Source of the DNA: Promethearchaeia archaeon
GTDB taxonomy: Archaea > Asgardarchaeota > Lokiarchaeia > Sigyniarchaeales > SOKP01
Length of the DNA: 64,000 bases
Reading direction: 5' to 3'
Assembly: GCA_029856045.1 (NCBI GenBank)
Contig: JAHQWG010000016.1
Span: 500,328 to 564,327, forward strand
Part shown: piece by piece, positions 1 through 9,550 of the stretch
How the letters are laid out: each line of letters begins with the position of its first letter
Numbering within the stretch: the stretch's first letter is position 1
Made by a program: the position numbers and the translations under genes
The notes under the pieces: generated by a model
Told to the model about the DNA's origin: nothing
Database searches by the model: none
Seen by the model: the letters and a program-made list of their open reading frames with translations, nothing else

Positions 1-1
1 T

Positions 2-496
2 AGAATGAATTCTAACTGCCTCAGCTTGAGGAGTAAATTTCATAATCATAAAATCAAATCTTTGTCCCATTGCATAAAAACTAATGATATCTCCTTTTGT
101 AACTACACGATTATCTAATAAATTGGCTAATGCTTTTGAATCCCTTATAACTACGGGCCTTCCAATTGAAGCAAATGTTATACTCTCTGCGAGTTTCGCT
201 TCTATTTTTCTTATAATAACCCAATCATCAATAGAAGCGCTAAGATTTCTCCTTAATGAACTGTCTAATCTAATGATACTCGATCCAACATCTTCTTTTC
301 GGCCAGGATATAATAATCCAGATGTTCTCTTGTCCTTATATTCATTATAAACTTCAATTACATCTCCTGTTCCTAAATTGTGTTTTCTAGCTATCATTGG
401 ATCTATACGTAAAATCCCACGACCAACATCTTCTTTTAATGCATCAGCAATCCTTAGATAATCCTTCGCTTTATTTTTATTTGATATTGAACTCAA
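2..496 (-). CDS. cdc48: CDC48/p97 family AAA ATPase, N-terminal part (runs off window start)
   Basis: Not in the ORF track. Hand translation from TTG at 496 (RBS AGGTGA at 502-507) gives MSSISNKNKAKDYLRIADALKEDVGRGILRIDP...LGTGDVIEV...IRLDSSLRRNL, a typical Cdc48 N domain; frame open to the window edge. Confidence 0.9.
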   Translation of the reverse strand, partial: MSSISNKNKAKDYLRIADALKEDVGRGILRIDPMIARKHNLGTGDVIEVYNEYKDKRTSGLLYPGRKEDVGSSIIRLDSSLRRNLSASIDDWVIIRKIEAKLAESITFASIGRPVVIRDSKALANLLDNRVVTKGDIISFYAMGQRFDFMIMKFTPQAEAVRIHS

Positions 497-620
497 AATT
501 TTCACCTATAATATGATCTTTTAGATTAATTTAATTAAATTTCTTGTTAAGATTTAAATAAATATTAATTATAAAAAAAAATAATTTTCCTATTTTTTCT
601 CAAATTTTTTAATTTTACTT

Positions 621-1250
621 CTATTTTTTACGTTTCAACTTTAAAGATGCAATACCATTCTTTAATTCTAAAGTATAATCATTGATATCAAGATTTATAG
701 GCAATTTAATTTCCTTATAAAACTTTCTACCATCTCTCTTAGCCTCTACTGTTAATTCTTCTCCTTTCTCATCAAAATTCAACTTAAGATCTTCCTTTTC
801 AACGCCTGGAAGCTCTAAACAAATTTCAATTTGATCTTCAAAATCCGTAATTTCTATATATGGTTCGATATCTTCTTTCATTTTTTGACTGGCTTTTAAC
901 TCTCTTCTCTCTTCCTTACTTTCAGGTACTAATGATATTCCCTTTATCGTAGGTCGTTCTGTAATGAATTTCGGAATCCCTTTTAAGAATTTAGAAAGTG
1001 TCTCATCATCAACATCACCCTGTACTCTGATCTCAGGCTTATCCATTCCCGTCTGATAATTATATGATATAGAATACGACTTGGTATCATTATTCTTGAA
1101 ATTAAGATCATTATTAAAATCTATACTCGGAAACTCTGAGAAATCCATAAAACCGAAATTTTTATCAAAAAAATCTGAAAAACCTTCAACTAAATTACGA
1201 AGTCTTTTCGTAAATCTCTTATAATTCTCATCAAATATATCATCATTCAT
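621..1250 (-). CDS. hsp20: Archaeal small heat-shock protein Hsp20
   Basis: C-terminal alpha-crystallin domain (EPYIEI...LELPGVEKEDL...KNGI); GGAGGT RBS; lies upstream of cdc48. Confidence 0.9.
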   Translation of the reverse strand: MNDDIFDENYKRFTKRLRNLVEGFSDFFDKNFGFMDFSEFPSIDFNNDLNFKNNDTKSYSISYNYQTGMDKPEIRVQGDVDDETLSKFLKGIPKFITERPTIKGISLVPESKEERRELKASQKMKEDIEPYIEITDFEDQIEICLELPGVEKEDLKLNFDEKGEELTVEAKRDGRKFYKEIKLPINLDINDYTLELKNGIASLKLKRKK

Positions 1251-1287
1251 AGTTGTTTACCTCCATTTTTTTATTTTTCAAATTCTC

Positions 1288-1310
1288 ATTGTCAATAAAG
1301 GATTGACAAT
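1288..1310. promoter_or_regulatory. Perfect inverted repeat ATTGTCAAT-N5-ATTGACAAT, candidate operator of hsp20-cdc48
   Basis: 9-bp perfect arms with a 5-bp spacer, just downstream of a minus-strand TTTAAATA box (1337-1344). Confidence 0.6.
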
Positions 1311-1545
1311 CACTAATTATCAAATAATCAACTATATATTTAAATCTTATGATTATATTTAGAAAAATTCTAAAAGGATAAATTGGGTCAATTAATTTAA
1401 GTTCAATTACAAAAAAATCAAGATTATATAAATATTTCTACAATTCAGCATGAATTTTTAATAAAAATTCAGAGAGAGAGCTTTTAAAAAAATATAAATC
1501 TTCGAAAAATGATTATAATTTTAAGAAGAAAATGTCAATAGCGTC

Positions 1546-2409
1546 TTATTTTTTTTCCTTCAATTCTAGTATAAATCTATAAACAGAACCCCACATATAA
1601 TCATCTTCTCTTTCTTTTACTTCGAAGTTATTGGTATGTAACCAGTTTTTTAAAGCTTTCTTTGTTTTATTATCATAATCTCCAGTGATTTCTCCTTCAT
1701 AGAATCTATCGCCTTTTAGTATCTCTTTTACGATTTTCAGTACTTCTCCCTCTAACTTGATAATGTCGTTGGGATCATCTCTTTGAAGCAAGCACATATC
1801 ATAAATCTCAAATACTTTTCGCAGCTCACGGATAGGATTAGGGTGCTCATCAACTCGAATGTCAATATATCTATCTGTACCTCCATCATATGCTCCTTTT
1901 TCTTTTACTATTAGAATTGCAGCTGATTCTCGACCTCTCTTATCACCACCCTGTTCTTGTCCGGCTTCTAATGTGGCTAATAGTTTTTCTATCAAATCAC
2001 CCTTAGTCTCCAGAAATGCCTTTGACATTGCTGATACGACCTTTTCTGAAGCCAAAATATTTCCTTGGCATGCATGGTTTTTTCCGATTATATGTCCAGC
2101 CCAATCAAAGCATTCTTTTCCTGTAAATGATGCTGTGTTACCATAAGAATCTGCAACACCTACCTGTCTTTGTTCTTTTAAATCATCATGCTCAATCAAT
2201 TTTTCAATCGTTTCTTCAGCTGTGAGACCCTCTATAAGTAAAGATAATCCCTTAGGACCATAACTGGTATTAGCATAAGCTTGAGTTGCAATTGCTCCAA
2301 CACCTGCCTTTGCAAATGGGACTATTGCTCCTACAGCAACAAATTTTGATTGAACTGCAACACCCCATTCATTATTTTTTGGGTCATATGCCACAATTGA
2401 AAATGTCAT
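1546..2409 (-). CDS. DUF1028 family Ntn-hydrolase-like protein with C-terminal putative peptidoglycan-binding-type domain
   Basis: MTFSIVAYDP N-terminus, GAIATQA, QGNIL, GGDKRG and DIRVDEH motifs. Confidence 0.85.
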   Translation of the reverse strand: MTFSIVAYDPKNNEWGVAVQSKFVAVGAIVPFAKAGVGAIATQAYANTSYGPKGLSLLIEGLTAEETIEKLIEHDDLKEQRQVGVADSYGNTASFTGKECFDWAGHIIGKNHACQGNILASEKVVSAMSKAFLETKGDLIEKLLATLEAGQEQGGDKRGRESAAILIVKEKGAYDGGTDRYIDIRVDEHPNPIRELRKVFEIYDMCLLQRDDPNDIIKLEGEVLKIVKEILKGDRFYEGEITGDYDNKTKKALKNWLHTNNFEVKEREDDYMWGSVYRFILELKEKK

Positions 2410-2572
2410 AATAAATTTCAGTTATTTTATTAGATCATATTTTAAAAATGAAATTATACTTTAAAGAAGTAGCAATAAATAATGGTTATAAGTTTTTTTG
2501 ATGAATTTTAATAATATCAATATAGAAAACTAAATATTTACTATTAATTATTTTATCTTTGGAGTGACTTAG

Positions 2573-3445
2573 ATGGAGATATATTTCCGAGCATTAAAAA
2601 TTGAAGATATTCCTGCTATCAAAGATATTAGCAAATATATCTGGGAAGGTGATGATTATATCCCAAATGTTATAGAAGAGTGGCTTCAACAAAAGGAATG
2701 TATGAATTACGGAGCTTTTAAAGATGAAGAAAAAAATAATTTAATTGGATTTGGGAGGATTAAAATATTGTCAAAAGATTTAGTGTGGTTGGAAGGTGGG
2801 CGAGTAAAATTTTTACTTCAACACCAGGGGATTGGCAAGGCGATGATAAAATATGCATTAGAATATGCTAAACAAATTAAGGCAAAAACCGCTCAATATA
2901 GTACTTGGTCTAAAAATTTTGGTTCAATTTCGCTTGCTAAAAAATTTGGATTTCAAAAAAAGGAGATAATGGATATCCTTGAATCAGATATAAAGACTCT
3001 CAAGCTAATTAACAAACCCTCTTCAGAAGTTGAGAATATCTCAGCAAAAGAAGCATTAAAAATTTATAGAATTATACCAAATGGTCCAGGAGATGAATTG
3101 TGTGTTGGTTGGTCCTATATCCCCTTAAAATTAGAATATCTTGTGAATAATAACTGGCATTGGATAAAAAATTCTAGAGCAATTTTACAAATAATTGAAT
3201 TTAAAAGAACACACTTTCAAGAAGATCCAAAAAATAATGAAATTTGGATGATTGTGTATGGAGAACCAACAGCAGTTCGCGAGTTATTACAACATATTAT
3301 TCAAAATGAGCTTCAAACTAAAGATTTTGAAAAAATCATGGTTTTTTGTCATCCTAAAATTACAGCAATAATTAAAGAAATTGGATTCTCATATTATGAC
3401 GGCGATCTCTCCGGTGTGTTATTGTTTGAAAAACATTTGGGCTAA
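2573..3445 (+). CDS. GNAT family N-acetyltransferase
   Basis: WLEGGRV...QHQGIGK acetyl-CoA loop, N-x-x-S-x-x-L-x-x-K-x-GF motif; GGAGTGA RBS. Confidence 0.85.
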   Translation: MEIYFRALKIEDIPAIKDISKYIWEGDDYIPNVIEEWLQQKECMNYGAFKDEEKNNLIGFGRIKILSKDLVWLEGGRVKFLLQHQGIGKAMIKYALEYAKQIKAKTAQYSTWSKNFGSISLAKKFGFQKKEIMDILESDIKTLKLINKPSSEVENISAKEALKIYRIIPNGPGDELCVGWSYIPLKLEYLVNNNWHWIKNSRAILQIIEFKRTHFQEDPKNNEIWMIVYGEPTAVRELLQHIIQNELQTKDFEKIMVFCHPKITAIIKEIGFSYYDGDLSGVLLFEKHLG

Positions 3446-3590
3446 AAAAAACAATTTCTCTATTTCAACTTTTAGTGAATGCTTTATTATAAGTGAAATA
3501 ATTAAAATCACCTACAATATAAAGAACTTACGTAGTATCACATAGAAGTATTAGATATATAATGAAAATTTTAGAAAAATAAAAGAAGAA

Positions 3591-5324
3591 TTACATTTTT
3601 CTTAAGACTTTCTTATCTACTTTACCCACGGAAGTTAAAGGCATCTGTTCAAGAATTTTTATTATCCTAGGTACCTTATATTTGGCTAAATTATCTTCCG
3701 CAAATTTTAAAATATCTACTTTTATTTCTTCAGAGTCTTTATATCCTTCTTTTAGAAGTACAAATAATTTTACTATTTCAGAGCCTGGACGATCTGGGTC
3801 AGGAATGCCAACGGTAGATGCAAGTTCAATTGCTGGATGTTTATTTATTTTATCGTCAACCTCAACACTGAAAACTTTATAGCCGCTAACTATTATCATA
3901 TCTTTTGTACGGTCAACTATTCTTATATAACCATCCTCGTCCATTACCCCTACATCTCCAGAATAAAACCAACCCTCTTTTAGAGCATTTCTTGTCTCCT
4001 CTGGTTTATTCCAATAACCCTTAAAAATTTGGGGGCCCCTTATAACAATCTCACCAGCCTTACCAATAGGTACTTCTTTTTCTCTATCACTAACATCTAC
4101 TAATTTTACTTCTGTATTTGGAAGAGGAACACCAACAGTTCCAATTTTTTTTTCCCCAAGATAAGGGTTCATAGTAACACCGGGAGATGCCTCTGTCATA
4201 CCATAAGCTTCTAAAACTTTGCCTTTACCAACTAACCCTTCAAATTCATTGATACTTTCTGTTGCAAAAGGAGCTGCGCCAGAAATAAAACCTTTGATAG
4301 AACTGAAATCTAACTTTTTAAATTTTCGATTGGTTAAAAGCATCAAATAAAGAGTGGGAACGTTATATGCTAAGGAAATTTTACCTTCATATTCTTTCAT
4401 TTTATTTGCAATATAAGCCGTATCCCTGGGATTAGCTACTAAGATTTGAGCTGCTGCGTTATATACTGTCTGTAAATTGAATTGTAATCCCGCTAAATGA
4501 AAGAAAGGAAATCCAGAAATATAATAATCATCTCCTGGATTAGCAACTGGTTCAAACCAATGATAAACCAGTTGCATCATCGATATCATATTTTCATGTG
4601 TAAGTATTGCTCCCTTTGGAGGACCGGTGGTTCCGCCTGTATATTGAAGTAATGCGATGTCTTTTTTTGGATCAATTTTAATTTCAGGAGTTTTTTCACT
4701 TGAATAATTTGCTAAAATTTCTTTAAAGGTAAAAAATTTTATACCTTCTATTGGTACGACTTCACCACAAGGAATTTTACCGATTTTTATTAATTTTTCT
4801 TTCATTTCTGGCTCTAAATCTAAAGTATCTGCAATATTTGTTGTTATCACGATTTTAACATCTGTCCCTCCCATAGAAAGAGCTTCACGCACATTTTCTT
4901 CATAAAAAGAATCCATTGTTATTAGAGCAACTGCTCCGCTGTCTTTTAATTGATAAGCTATTTCATTTGATTTCAAGAGAAAATTCATCCCACTTTGAAC
5001 ACATCCAGCATAAAAGGTTCCAAATAAGGCTATAATATATTGAGGGCAATTAGGTAGATTTATTACAACTCTATCGCCCTTTTTAACGCCATTCTCTACA
5101 AGAAAATTAGCAAAACTAATAATTAATTTTTCTGCTTCCTGAAATGTTTTACAATCTCCTTGAAAATCGTAACAAAGGCTCTTTGGAAATTGTCTTGCTG
5201 TTTTCTTCATCATATCAGCCAAAGACATTAACTCTAAATCAATCTCTGGCTTTACATGCTCATCATAAGATTTTAACCATATTTTTGAAGCATAGGGACT
5301 TTTTTCGTTAGAATTTTTACTCAT
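3591..5324 (-). CDS. Long-chain fatty acid--CoA ligase (AMP-binding enzyme)
   Basis: YTGGTTGPPKG, YGMTE, SGD, DRTKD and GKV adenylate-forming motifs. Confidence 0.93.
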   Translation of the reverse strand: MSKNSNEKSPYASKIWLKSYDEHVKPEIDLELMSLADMMKKTARQFPKSLCYDFQGDCKTFQEAEKLIISFANFLVENGVKKGDRVVINLPNCPQYIIALFGTFYAGCVQSGMNFLLKSNEIAYQLKDSGAVALITMDSFYEENVREALSMGGTDVKIVITTNIADTLDLEPEMKEKLIKIGKIPCGEVVPIEGIKFFTFKEILANYSSEKTPEIKIDPKKDIALLQYTGGTTGPPKGAILTHENMISMMQLVYHWFEPVANPGDDYYISGFPFFHLAGLQFNLQTVYNAAAQILVANPRDTAYIANKMKEYEGKISLAYNVPTLYLMLLTNRKFKKLDFSSIKGFISGAAPFATESINEFEGLVGKGKVLEAYGMTEASPGVTMNPYLGEKKIGTVGVPLPNTEVKLVDVSDREKEVPIGKAGEIVIRGPQIFKGYWNKPEETRNALKEGWFYSGDVGVMDEDGYIRIVDRTKDMIIVSGYKVFSVEVDDKINKHPAIELASTVGIPDPDRPGSEIVKLFVLLKEGYKDSEEIKVDILKFAEDNLAKYKVPRIIKILEQMPLTSVGKVDKKVLRKM

Positions 5325-5423
5325 TTTTGATCAATTCAAAAAAAAAAATTATTGATTTTGATTAATTCTAATAATAAGATTTGCGATAAATTAATATTTA
5401 AAATTAACTAACTTTGAAGTTCG

Positions 5424-7226
5424 TTATACGGAATAATATTTAGAAATAAGTTCTTCTATTATTTTTTCATTTAAATCAAATAAAGTAAAAATTAATTTAT
5501 CAATATCTCTTTTATATAATTCTATTTTCCCTAAATCTTGCAAGGAATTAGCAATTAAATCTCTTGAAAGTTTCCGAATAGTTTTATAAATATCCCTTTT
5601 TTTTTGAGTTTTAAGATTCTCAAAACTAATAATGGGTATCTCATTTTCAAGTTTACTTTTGGATCTTTTAATTTCTAATCCTTTTGCATAAAAAATGAAC
5701 CTCATCAATTTAGAATTTAAATAAGCAATTAAAAAAAGATAATCCGCTTTCTTTCCATCATTGTGTAAAAAATAGGTATCTGATGTTGCATAAAAAGGGT
5801 TTTTTGTAAATCCAAAAATATTTTCCTTTGAAATATAAGAAAAAAATATTTTTAGTTGGTTTTCATAATAAGGTTCTAAGTATTCAATTCCACTTTCATT
5901 TCTCAAGTTATGAATTTTAAAACCACGTCTCGGAAATAACCAATTTCCTGGAGATTCTTTGCATTTAATTAAGGTATTTTTCAGGTCATCTTCAAATTGA
6001 TATAAATATCTCATTAAAACCGGGTATTTTTTATCTGGGTCAAAATTATCAGATTCAATTTCATTCTTATCAAAAAATATCATCCATCCTAAATATTCAT
6101 CTTCATTAAAACCATACTGATGAATAGATCTCCCTTTATATATTTTCTTCAAGCGATTTTTTTCAAATTCATTTAGTTTTAAATGATCTTTTTCAATTTT
6201 GAGGAAAAAATCTCCATTTTTTCTAATAATATTCTCATTTTCCTTTAAAATAAATATATTATCTTTAATGGAAATTATACCATTTCTTATTTGAAAAAAA
6301 TCTTTTAGATATATAATTCTCCCACTATCATTTTTACATGTATTTTCGATTTTATCTATAATTACTTTTACGTCCTCAGGAAAAAGAAGATTCCAACTCC
6401 CATTTTTTTTCAAACATTGATTTGTTATCGCGCTATCATATGATATAGAATTAAAATCAACAAATTGAAAAATAGAATTACAATTTTGAAATTTCGAGTG
6501 TTTCTTGAATTGAATAATTCTAATTTTTTTCTCCGTTTTATTTCTTTTTTCCTCGTTGTTTTTCTTTTGTAAGATGAAAATACAATTATGCTGCCCCGGA
6601 GCGTCTTTAAAAACTTTCAAATTTGTTAAATCTACATAAGTTTTGAGAAAGCATTCTTCTATAATATGGGGTTTTAATTTTGCTACACCTGTTTTTTCTC
6701 CCTTTTTTATCCAATAATTCGTTGTAATGAAGCATAATAAACCTCCAGGTCTTAATTTTCGAATACCTAAATGAAGAAACCAGTAAAATAAATCCATATT
6801 TCCACAAAAAAACTCTTTACAAATTGGATATTTACGAATATAACCTTGGAATATTTCTGAAGCATAATTTTGTCCAAGATATGGAGGGTTTCCTATTATT
6901 AAATCATATTTTTCATCTTCATTTGATTCTAAAAAATTAGAATTTTTTAATTTTATATTATCTCCAAATTTTTTTTTTAGCAGATTATAATAATACTTAT
7001 CAATCTCAAACGCTGTAATGTTTTTATAACCATATTCGATGAGTGTTTTAAGAAAAGCACCATCGCCAGCAGCAGGTTCTAAAAGAGATAAATTTAAAAC
7101 TTTAAAATCATCCAAGTTATTATCCTCTTTAAACACTTTCATAACTAAATTTACCATAAACTCGGTAATAGAAGTAGAGGTAAAATATTGACCAAAGTTT
7201 TGTTTTTGACAGGGTTTTAAAGTCAT
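5424..7226 (-). CDS. N6-adenine DNA methyltransferase, Eco57I/TaqI-like (gamma class)
   Basis: GQYFT, LLEPAAGDGAF (motif I), IGNPPY (motif IV); TaqI-like C-terminal region (AYLNSKL). Confidence 0.88.
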   Translation of the reverse strand: MTLKPCQKQNFGQYFTSTSITEFMVNLVMKVFKEDNNLDDFKVLNLSLLEPAAGDGAFLKTLIEYGYKNITAFEIDKYYYNLLKKKFGDNIKLKNSNFLESNEDEKYDLIIGNPPYLGQNYASEIFQGYIRKYPICKEFFCGNMDLFYWFLHLGIRKLRPGGLLCFITTNYWIKKGEKTGVAKLKPHIIEECFLKTYVDLTNLKVFKDAPGQHNCIFILQKKNNEEKRNKTEKKIRIIQFKKHSKFQNCNSIFQFVDFNSISYDSAITNQCLKKNGSWNLLFPEDVKVIIDKIENTCKNDSGRIIYLKDFFQIRNGIISIKDNIFILKENENIIRKNGDFFLKIEKDHLKLNEFEKNRLKKIYKGRSIHQYGFNEDEYLGWMIFFDKNEIESDNFDPDKKYPVLMRYLYQFEDDLKNTLIKCKESPGNWLFPRRGFKIHNLRNESGIEYLEPYYENQLKIFFSYISKENIFGFTKNPFYATSDTYFLHNDGKKADYLFLIAYLNSKLMRFIFYAKGLEIKRSKSKLENEIPIISFENLKTQKKRDIYKTIRKLSRDLIANSLQDLGKIELYKRDIDKLIFTLFDLNEKIIEELISKYYSV

Positions 7227-7518
7227 ATTTGCATTTTATTTATTTTATTCCTTTTAAAATATTGAAAATATCTTCATATGATACTAAAAAAATCTATACG
7301 ATCTATTAGAGTTCTAAAATTCTTTAAGATTAAATATATAATTATATGAATTTTTACTATATTTTTTTAATTCTATAGTTTATACACAATAAGTAAAATC
7401 TTTTTAAGCTATAGGTCTTTTTTATTAATGATAATACTAAATTCTAAAAAAGTCATACTAGATATTGAAATGTTTTTTTACTCAAGGGAAAAAGAAAACT
7501 TATGTTTAAACTATTAAA

Positions 7519-9531
7519 ATGACACATTATAAAGCATATCCTTTTACTGCTATTGTTGGACAAGATTTAATGAAATTAGCTTTGTTATTAAATGCTATAA
7601 ATCCAAAAATCAGTGGAGTTTTAATAAAAGGCACAAAAGGAACTGGAAAATCTACGGCAGTAAGGGCATTAGCAGATCTACTCCCAGAAATTGAAGTTAT
7701 AAAAGATTGTCCATTTAATTGCAATCCTTACAATTTAAAAGAAGCATGCCATGCATGTCAGGACAGAATAATTGCTGAAAATTTAAAGGAAAAAGATACA
7801 GAATTTCGAAAAATGCAAGTGATAAATCTTCCAATTAATGCTACTGAAGATAGAGTTATAGGCACAATAGATATTAAGAAAGCTTTAGAGGAAGGTTTAA
7901 AAGCTTTAGAGCCCGGAATTTTAGCAGAAGCAAATAGGAATATATTATATATTGATGAAGTTAATCTTCTTGCCGATAATGTAGCTGATGTTCTGTTAGA
8001 TAGTGCAGCAATGGGAATTAATATAATTGAAAGGGAAGGAATAAGCCTTCATCACCCATCAACTTTTATTTTGGTAGGTACGATGAATCCTGAAGAAGGA
8101 AATTTAAGACCTCAGCTTCTAGATCGTTTTGGATTAAGCATTGATGTGGAAAGAATTGAAGATATCGATAAGAGGGTTCTCATCACGAAATATGCAGAAG
8201 AATATCAAAATGATCCTAATTTATTCTATAAAAAATTCAAAAAAAAGCAAAAAGAATTAAAAAATAAAATAGTAAATGCTCGAAAAATTTTACACTCAGT
8301 AGAAATTTCAGATAACCAGCTAAAACAAACAAGTAAGATCTGTGTAAAATTAAAAGTTGACGGTCATAGAGCAGATATTACAATAAGTAGAACTGCTAAA
8401 TCAATTGCTGCATTCCATGGTCGAAAATTTGTAGAGGATGATGATATTAAGACCGCAGCAAAATTAGCTTTATCACATCGCTTAAGACGATTACCCTTTG
8501 AAGATAAAACATTAGATGAGAGCGAACTCGAAAACTTATTTGATAATAAAGAAGATGAAGTAAAAAAAGAATCAAATGATATCCAACAAGAAAAAAAACA
8601 GTTAGAAGTGGAGCCTAATCAAATTGATAACAATCTGTTAAATAATATACAGAATGATAATCAAACTTATAATTTACGGGAAGAAACATTTGAAATTAAA
8701 GAAAATGTTATAGCCGATCAAATCATAAAGAATAAAAAAATAAGAGAGGTTATGAATACTTCTGGAAAAAGAGTTATACACCCAACATATAGCCCTCATG
8801 GGAAATATGTAGGTTCTGAGAAAAAAAGAGAAATAAATATGCCTAATTCTACGGATATTGCCTTCAATGAGACATTAAATGAAGCTGCATTGGACGCTTT
8901 TAAAAATGGTAATAAATTAGAAATAAAAGGAGAGCACATTCACATTAAAAAAAGAATGGGAAAATCTAGTTATTTAATTATTTTCTGTGTAGATGCTTCA
9001 GGATCTATGGGTATTAAGGACCGAATGGAAACTGTTAAAGGAGCAATTTATTCTATTTTACAAACTAACTATATTCATCGTGATAAAGTTTCTCTTATTG
9101 TGTTTCGTCAAGATAGGGCTGAAACTATTTTACCACCCACCAGAAGTACTGACTTAGCTTATAAGTTATTAAAAGATATTCCGACAGGAGGGACTACACC
9201 TCTAGCAGCAGGATTGCTAAAGGCGTTGGATGTAGCTAAAGAAGAAATTCGAAAAAAAAGTGGTTATATCCCTTTAATTATATTATTAACTGATGCAAGA
9301 GGCAACGTCTATTTTAAAGATGCAATTGAAGATGTATTAAAAATTGGTAAGGAAATTGCTCAACAAGAAATAAATTTAATTGTTATGGATACAGAATTTT
9401 CAGATGTAAAATTGGATTTCTCTAAAAAATTAGCAAATGTTGCAAACGCCGTATATTACCATATAGATCATCTAGATCAGGAAGATTTAAATGAAATTTT
9501 AACCATTGAAGGAATTTTTGAAAATATTTAA
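7519..9531 (+). CDS. chlD: Class I chelatase subunit, ChlI-like AAA+ domain fused to vWA domain (ChlD-type)
   Basis: [38 protein letters not shown]; acidic linker; vWA MIDAS DASGS and TGGTTPL. Confidence 0.9.
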   Translation: MTHYKAYPFTAIVGQDLMKLALLLNAINPKISGVLIKGTKGTGKSTAVRALADLLPEIEVIKDCPFNCNPYNLKEACHACQDRIIAENLKEKDTEFRKMQVINLPINATEDRVIGTIDIKKALEEGLKALEPGILAEANRNILYIDEVNLLADNVADVLLDSAAMGINIIEREGISLHHPSTFILVGTMNPEEGNLRPQLLDRFGLSIDVERIEDIDKRVLITKYAEEYQNDPNLFYKKFKKKQKELKNKIVNARKILHSVEISDNQLKQTSKICVKLKVDGHRADITISRTAKSIAAFHGRKFVEDDDIKTAAKLALSHRLRRLPFEDKTLDESELENLFDNKEDEVKKESNDIQQEKKQLEVEPNQIDNNLLNNIQNDNQTYNLREETFEIKENVIADQIIKNKKIREVMNTSGKRVIHPTYSPHGKYVGSEKKREINMPNSTDIAFNETLNEAALDAFKNGNKLEIKGEHIHIKKRMGKSSYLIIFCVDASGSMGIKDRMETVKGAIYSILQTNYIHRDKVSLIVFRQDRAETILPPTRSTDLAYKLLKDIPTGGTTPLAAGLLKALDVAKEEIRKKSGYIPLIILLTDARGNVYFKDAIEDVLKIGKEIAQQEINLIVMDTEFSDVKLDFSKKLANVANAVYYHIDHLDQEDLNEILTIEGIFENI

Positions 9532-9550
9532 CTTTTTTTAGTGCATTATT

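Noticed and set aside
84-350. 88-aa plus-strand ORF
   Set aside because: Antisense to the cdc48 frame that the track missed because it runs off the window.
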